In this document: positions 59,142 to 64,000 of the stretch, piece after piece
Position numbering within the stretch: the first letter of the stretch is position 1
Layout of the letters: each line of letters opens with the position of its first letter
DNA from: Gammaproteobacteria bacterium
Lineage (GTDB): Bacteria > Pseudomonadota > Gammaproteobacteria > Steroidobacterales > JACDCP01
NCBI GenBank assembly: GCA_035524935.1
Contig: DATLFD010000050.1
Location: 19,980 to 83,979 of the forward strand
DNA length: 64,000 nucleotides
Direction of reading: 5' to 3'
The notes under the pieces: model-generated
The model's input: the letters and a program-made list of their open reading frames with translations, nothing else
Databases searched by the model: none
Told to the model about the DNA's origin: nothing
Made by a program: the position numbers and the translations under genes

Positions 59142-59178
59142 TTGTATAAAAGAACAGCAGACCTGTATTTATATACAA
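59142..59178. promoter_or_regulatory. Two tandem SOS boxes (CTGT-N8-ACAG type, one mismatch each)
   Basis: TTGTATAAAAGAACAG 59142-59157 and CTGTATTTATATACAA 59163-59178, immediately upstream of lexA. Confidence 0.8.
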
Positions 59179-59610
59179 AGATGGCGCTGCCGGCAAGTAG
59201 CGCGGCGGCGTCCGGGCTTCCCCCCTTGTTTCGAGTCGCTCCCCCGATACTCGCTTGGTCCGAACATCATCATCCCCCCGGTCCCGTTCGTTCTTTGCGT
59301 CGGACTGCCGAACGGGTGAGCGGGCGCGGACGACGTTCCCTATGCATGCGCGCGCTGCAACGCGCGATGTCGCTCATTGCAAACGCCGTGCACGTCCACT
59401 GCACATGTTGCGCGACCGATTGTCACTCACCGCAGACACGTTGCATTTCGCCGATAATCGACGCATGATCGCGCCCCGCGGCTACGCGCTGCTGGCTTGC
59501 TAAGCCTTAAAGCTTGAGGTAGGGTCACACCGGGAGCGCGGCGCTGGAGCGTTGAATTGGTTCGAGCCGATAGCTCTTGAACACCATTTAACAGTCAGGG
59601 GATCCGTAAG

Positions 59611-59931
59611 ATGAAAACGAGACTTGAGAGCGCGATGAAGGTCTTCGGCCTTGCGTTGCTCGTAGGCATCGGCGCCGGCTGCGCAGCCCAGGGCGAGGGT
59701 CCGACGATGTCGGATCTGCAGCAGATGGCAGAGCGTGCATCGCAGGACGCCGAGGCGGCCAGGACCGCAGCGGAAGAGGCGCGCGAGGCCGCGAGCGAGG
59801 CGCGTCAAATGGCATCGGGTGCGCAAAGCACTGCCAACGAGGCGTTGCAGGCCGCCAACGAAGCGCAGGCCTGTTGTGATGCAAACAGCGAGAAGATGGA
59901 CCGCATGTTCCGGCGGTCACAATCGAAATAA
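59611..59931 (+). CDS. Lpp/OprI-like alanine-zipper lipoprotein
   Basis: Lipobox-like GAGC, Ala-rich helix, C-terminal KMDRMFRRSQSK ending in Lys. Confidence 0.85.
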   Translation: MKTRLESAMKVFGLALLVGIGAGCAAQGEGPTMSDLQQMAERASQDAEAARTAAEEAREAASEARQMASGAQSTANEALQAANEAQACCDANSEKMDRMFRRSQSK

Positions 59932-59956
59932 GCTGTCGGCTTCGATACTTCGAATG

Positions 59957-59991
59957 AACGCTGCGGGCCTGCTGGCTCGCAGCGTTTTTTT
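59957..59991 (+). terminator. Rho-independent terminator
   Basis: AACGCTGCGGGCC-TGCT-GGCTCGCAGCGTT plus T run. Confidence 0.8.
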
Positions 59992-60047
59992 ACGCCGCGC
60001 GCTTGCGCCGGGGGTGTTTCGAAAGCGGGAATCGGCGCCCGGAGGCG

Positions 60048-61028
60048 CTACAGGGTCTCGTTTTCCAGGTACTGTTCGGGCTCATCGGCTTCGTCGGCAA
60101 CGATCAGGTAGTCCGGCTCGCTCGTCGACATGCCCAGCGGGATCCCCTGCGCTTCCCGGAATATTTTCTGCGTGCGGTACCAATTGATGGACGCCGGCCG
60201 CGTGCGCGTCGCGGCGACGTAGAGCTCAGTCACCCGCGTCAGGTTGTCGCCGTCCGCCCCGATATGTTCCTCGAGCGGCGGGTGCGCCTCCAGGAAGAGC
60301 TGACCGTCCGACCAGCCGACCTTGTAGGGCTCGTTGATGATGCGTACCGGCGTGCCGATCGGCACCAGCGCGCTCAGCGACTCGATGTTCTCCGGGTACA
60401 TGCGGATGCAGCCGTGGGTGACCCGCATGCCGACCCCGTCGGGCCGGTTCGTGCCGTGAATCAGGTAGCCGGGCAGGTCCAGCTTCATCGCGTATTCGCC
60501 GAGCGGATTGTCCCTGCCCGGCGGCACCGCCCGCGGCAGCACTTGGCCCTCGGCGGCGTGCTCGTCGCGCACCGACTTGGGCGGATACCAGGTCGGATTG
60601 CGTACCTTGGCGGTGATGCGCGTCATGCCGATGGGCGTCGACCAGTCCATCCGGCCGATGCTGATGGGGTGTGTGACCACCACCGGGGCACGGCCGGGCT
60701 GCGGCTTCGGATAGTAGTAAAGGCGCAGCTCGGCGACGTTGACGACCATGCCCTCGCGGGGTCCGCCCGGCAGAATGAAGCGCGTCGGCAACATGACCTC
60801 CGTGCCGTCGCCCGGCAGCCACGGATCGACATCGGGGTTGGCAAGCGTGATGTCCTCGTAGCCGAGGCCGTAGCGGCGCGCGACGTCGAGCAGCGTATCC
60901 TCGGCGCGTGTCCGGGTGGTCTCGATCTCGCCGACGATTTCCACATCGGGCGCCGGCAGCTCGAAGCTCGTCGCGAACGCCGGCCCGGCAGCCAACAACG
61001 TCGAGGCGGCTGCGACGAGCCTGCTCAT
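60048..61028 (-). CDS. L,D-transpeptidase (ErfK/YcfS family)
   Basis: Signal peptide ending AFA, ANPDVDPWLP, NPTWYPP, IHGTN...THGCIRM; start could be further upstream. Confidence 0.92.
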   Translation of the reverse strand: MSRLVAAASTLLAAGPAFATSFELPAPDVEIVGEIETTRTRAEDTLLDVARRYGLGYEDITLANPDVDPWLPGDGTEVMLPTRFILPGGPREGMVVNVAELRLYYYPKPQPGRAPVVVTHPISIGRMDWSTPIGMTRITAKVRNPTWYPPKSVRDEHAAEGQVLPRAVPPGRDNPLGEYAMKLDLPGYLIHGTNRPDGVGMRVTHGCIRMYPENIESLSALVPIGTPVRIINEPYKVGWSDGQLFLEAHPPLEEHIGADGDNLTRVTELYVAATRTRPASINWYRTQKIFREAQGIPLGMSTSEPDYLIVADEADEPEQYLENETL

Positions 61029-61160
61029 CGGCCCGCCCCCGGATCTGCACGCCACACGTTGGTTGCCCATTCCGCCCTCCATGCTCGAATACTGCCATTA
61101 ATCAATTGATTTTGCAGCAAATAGCGCCGGTCCTCCGCCGACTGCGTCGCATTTTTCCGC

Positions 61161-63281
61161 TCAACGGGCCAGACCCGCGAGGTCGAGCAGAAAAGAGTAG
61201 TCGAACGCGCTTTCCTCGAGCCTGCGGAAGCGCCCTGACGCGCCGCGGTGTCCCGCTTCCATATTCGTGCGCAGGAGCAGCGCATTATCGTCGGTCTTGC
61301 GCGCGCGCAGCCTGGCAACCCACTTCGCGGGTTCCCAGTATTGCACCTGTGAGTCGTGCAGCCCGGTGGTGACGAGCAGATTCGGATAGGCCTGCGCGGT
61401 CACGTTGTCGTAAGGGGAATAGGACAACATGCGCGCATACGCATCAGCTTCGTGGGGGTTGCCCCACTCGTCATATTCGCCGGTCGTGAGTGGAATGCTG
61501 TCGTCGAGCATGGTGGTTACCAGGTCGACGAACGGCACGGCGGCAATGGCGCCGTGATACAGTTCCGGTCGCAGGTTGATCACCGCGCCGATCAGCAGTC
61601 CGCCGGCGCTGCCGCCATAGGCGTACAGGTGGCGGGGCGAGGTATAGCCGCGCGCGATCAGGAACTCCGACACGTCGATGAAATCGGTGAAGGTGTTCAT
61701 CTTCTGCCCGAGCTTGCCGTCCTCGTACCAGGCGCGACCCATCTCCGAGCCGCCACGCACGTGGGCGATCGCGAAAATGAAGCCGCGGTCGAGCAGGCTC
61801 AGGCGGCGCGTGTCAAAGGTCGGGTCGCTGCTGATGCCGTACGCACCGTAGGCGTACAGCAGCAGCGGCTGTCCGCCGTCGCGCCGCATGCTCTTGCGAT
61901 AGACGAGGGACACCGGGATACGCGCGCCATCGCGTGCCGCGACGAACAGGCGCTCTGCCCCGTACAGGGCAGGGTCGAAGCCGCCCGGGATCTCGTCGCG
62001 CTTGACCAGGCGCCGCTCGCCGCTCCGCAGATGATAGTCGTACACCGAGTCCGGCGTGGTCAGCGACTCGTAGCCGTAGCGCAGCCACTCCGAGCGATAG
62101 TGGTAGTTATCCTGCGTATAGGCAGCGTAGGTCGGCTCGTCGAACCCGACGTAGCGCGTCTCACCGGTCCGCCGGTCGATGATCTGCATCTGCGTGAGCC
62201 CGGCGCGCGTCTCTTCAAGAACGAGATGGTGCTCGAACACCTCGAGCGCCTCCACCAGCACGTCCTCACGATGAGGCACGACCTCTTTCCAGTGCGCCCG
62301 GCCGGTCTGCTGGTGCGGCGTTTCCATGACCCGGAAATTCCGCGCCTTCCAGTTGGTGAGCACGAAAAAACGGTCACCACCATCCTCGAGGTAGTATTCG
62401 TGGTCGCGCTCGCGCGCCAGCGCCAGGCGCGGCCGCGAACCGGGCTCGTCCGCGGGCAGGAACCGGTATTCGGTAGCCACGGTGCTCTCGACGCTGATGA
62501 AGAGGAACCTGTCCGACTTGGACTTGGAGACCTGCACGGAATAGGTGTCGTCGGTCTCCGCGTACACCAGCTTATCGTCGTCGTCTCCGAGCGTATGCCG
62601 GAAGATCCGGTCCCAGCGAAGCGTCTGCGAATCCAGTGCCGCGAAGAACAGCGTGCGGTTGTCGTTGGCCCACTCCTGATTGCCCGACACGCCGGATATC
62701 TGCTCCTCGAGCAGACGTCCCGTGCGCAGGTCCTTGAAACGCAGCGTGTAGATGCGCCGGCCGCGCTCGTCGATTGCGAAAGCAGCCATGCCGTGGTCCG
62801 GGCTGACGGTAAAGCCGCGCAGATCGAAGTACGCCCGTCCGGCGGCCAGCTCGTTGACGTCGAGCAGCACTTCCTCGGGGGCGGACAGCGTCTTGTGCTT
62901 GCGGCAATAAATCGGATACTCGTTGCCCGCCTCGTAGCGCCGGTAATAGTAGTAGTCGTCGATACGCACCGGAGCCGTCTCGTCGTCCTCCTTGATGCGC
63001 CCGCGCATTTCCTCGTAGAGCTTCTGTCGCAGGCCTTGCACATGCGCCATGCGCCGTTGCGTATAGGCATTCTCGGCTTCGAGATAGGCGGAGACCGCGG
63101 GATCCTGGCGCCGGTTGAGCCAGTAGTACTCGTCCACTCGCTCGTCACCGTGCAGCATGAACTTCTGCGGCACTCGTTTCGCCACGGGCGCCTGCGGCGT
63201 CGATTCGATATCATGCGCTGTGCACGCGCCGGTCATATTCACCGCTCCCAGAATGATCAGCAAAGCAGAACGCGTAACCAA
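61161..63281 (-). CDS. ptrB: Oligopeptidase B (S9A)
   Basis: DEYYWL, HVRGG, GGSAGG, HDSQVQYWEPAKW, EAGH. Confidence 0.92.
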   Translation of the reverse strand: MVTRSALLIILGAVNMTGACTAHDIESTPQAPVAKRVPQKFMLHGDERVDEYYWLNRRQDPAVSAYLEAENAYTQRRMAHVQGLRQKLYEEMRGRIKEDDETAPVRIDDYYYYRRYEAGNEYPIYCRKHKTLSAPEEVLLDVNELAAGRAYFDLRGFTVSPDHGMAAFAIDERGRRIYTLRFKDLRTGRLLEEQISGVSGNQEWANDNRTLFFAALDSQTLRWDRIFRHTLGDDDDKLVYAETDDTYSVQVSKSKSDRFLFISVESTVATEYRFLPADEPGSRPRLALARERDHEYYLEDGGDRFFVLTNWKARNFRVMETPHQQTGRAHWKEVVPHREDVLVEALEVFEHHLVLEETRAGLTQMQIIDRRTGETRYVGFDEPTYAAYTQDNYHYRSEWLRYGYESLTTPDSVYDYHLRSGERRLVKRDEIPGGFDPALYGAERLFVAARDGARIPVSLVYRKSMRRDGGQPLLLYAYGAYGISSDPTFDTRRLSLLDRGFIFAIAHVRGGSEMGRAWYEDGKLGQKMNTFTDFIDVSEFLIARGYTSPRHLYAYGGSAGGLLIGAVINLRPELYHGAIAAVPFVDLVTTMLDDSIPLTTGEYDEWGNPHEADAYARMLSYSPYDNVTAQAYPNLLVTTGLHDSQVQYWEPAKWVARLRARKTDDNALLLRTNMEAGHRGASGRFRRLEESAFDYSFLLDLAGLAR

Positions 63282-63282
63282 C

Positions 63283-63999
63283 TCAATACCGGATCAGCGC
63301 GGAACCCCACGTGAAACCGCCGCCGAAGGCTTCGAGGAGCAGCATATCGCCGCGCTGGATACGCCCGTCGCGCACGGCCACGTCCAGCGCCATCGGCACC
63401 GAGGCGGCCGACGTGTTGCCGTGGTCCTGGACGGTCATGACGACGCGCTCCATGGGCATGTCCAGCTTCTTGGCCGTGGCCTGGATGATGCGTATGTTCG
63501 CCTGATGGGGAATGAGCCAGTCGATGTCGGATTTCTCCAGGGCATTGCGCTCGAGTGTCTCGTCGACGATGCGGCCCAGCGTGTTCACGGCCACCTTGAA
63601 CACTTCGTTGCCTTTCATCTGCACGAAATCCTTGCCCGACTTGAGATCGTTGAAGCCCTTGGAGACGCCGGAAGGAAAAAAGAGCAGGTCCCCGTAGCGG
63701 CCATCGGCGTGCAGGTGCGTGGACAGGATACCGGCCTCGTCGGCCGGCTCGAGGACGACGGCGCCGGCACCGTCCCCGAACAGCACGCAGGTGTGCCGGT
63801 CGTTCCAGTCCACGATGCGCGACAGCGTCTCCGCCCCGACCACGAGGGCGCGCTTCGATTCGCCGCTGCGCACGTACTTGTCCGCCATGCCGAGCGCGTA
63901 GATGAAGCCGCTGCAGGCCGCCTCGAGGCTGAACGCGGTGCAGCCACGAATGCCGAGCCGCTCCTGGATCAGACAGCCGACGTTCGGAAACACCAGGTC
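63283..63999 (-). CDS. fabH: 3-oxoacyl-ACP synthase III (5' end truncated by window edge)
   Basis: [36 protein letters not shown]. Confidence 0.95.
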   Translation of the reverse strand, partial: DLVFPNVGCLIQERLGIRGCTAFSLEAACSGFIYALGMADKYVRSGESKRALVVGAETLSRIVDWNDRHTCVLFGDGAGAVVLEPADEAGILSTHLHADGRYGDLLFFPSGVSKGFNDLKSGKDFVQMKGNEVFKVAVNTLGRIVDETLERNALEKSDIDWLIPHQANIRIIQATAKKLDMPMERVVMTVQDHGNTSAASVPMALDVAVRDGRIQRGDMLLLEAFGGGFTWGSALIRY

Positions 64000-64000
64000 C

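Noticed and set aside
60025..60051. GTAG + short hairpin at the L,D-transpeptidase stop as another REP
   Set aside because: Only a 4-5 bp stem and a single copy; insufficient support

Overview
GC-rich gammaproteobacterial chromosomal window made almost entirely of core genes. It holds a leucine/isovalerate catabolism operon (liuA, thiolase, liuBCDE, SDR, an M16 peptidase pair), ETF-QO, scoAB, zapE and fadE; a MarR-controlled hppD-hmgA-maiA cluster; kynA and a 2-oxoacid dehydrogenase E1 alpha/beta pair; corB, radA, PP2C + FHA; rnr-rlmB, rpsF-rpsR-DUF2232-rplI-dnaB-alr; tRNA-Leu(CAG); clpSA; gspCDEF; a lexA-imuA-imuB-dnaE2 cassette with two SOS boxes; an Lpp/OprI-like lipoprotein with an L,D-transpeptidase; ptrB and fabH. 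I saw no CRISPR array, integrase, transposase or prophage. The most unusual signal is at nucleotide level: several families of short palindromic repeats are woven into gene ends. One family sits in-frame inside ImuB, encodes part of the DnaE2 N-terminus and supplies the RlmB stop codon. Repeats also provide several other stop codons. At four intra-operon junctions the repeat is crossed by mini-ORFs that end on, or 3 nt before, the next start codon, a possible translational relay (inference). Accessory items are a lower-GC nucleotidyltransferase + small-protein pair, a MITE-like element, and EAL and DUF4185-like gene remnants. All family calls come from motif recognition by eye; no database search was run.
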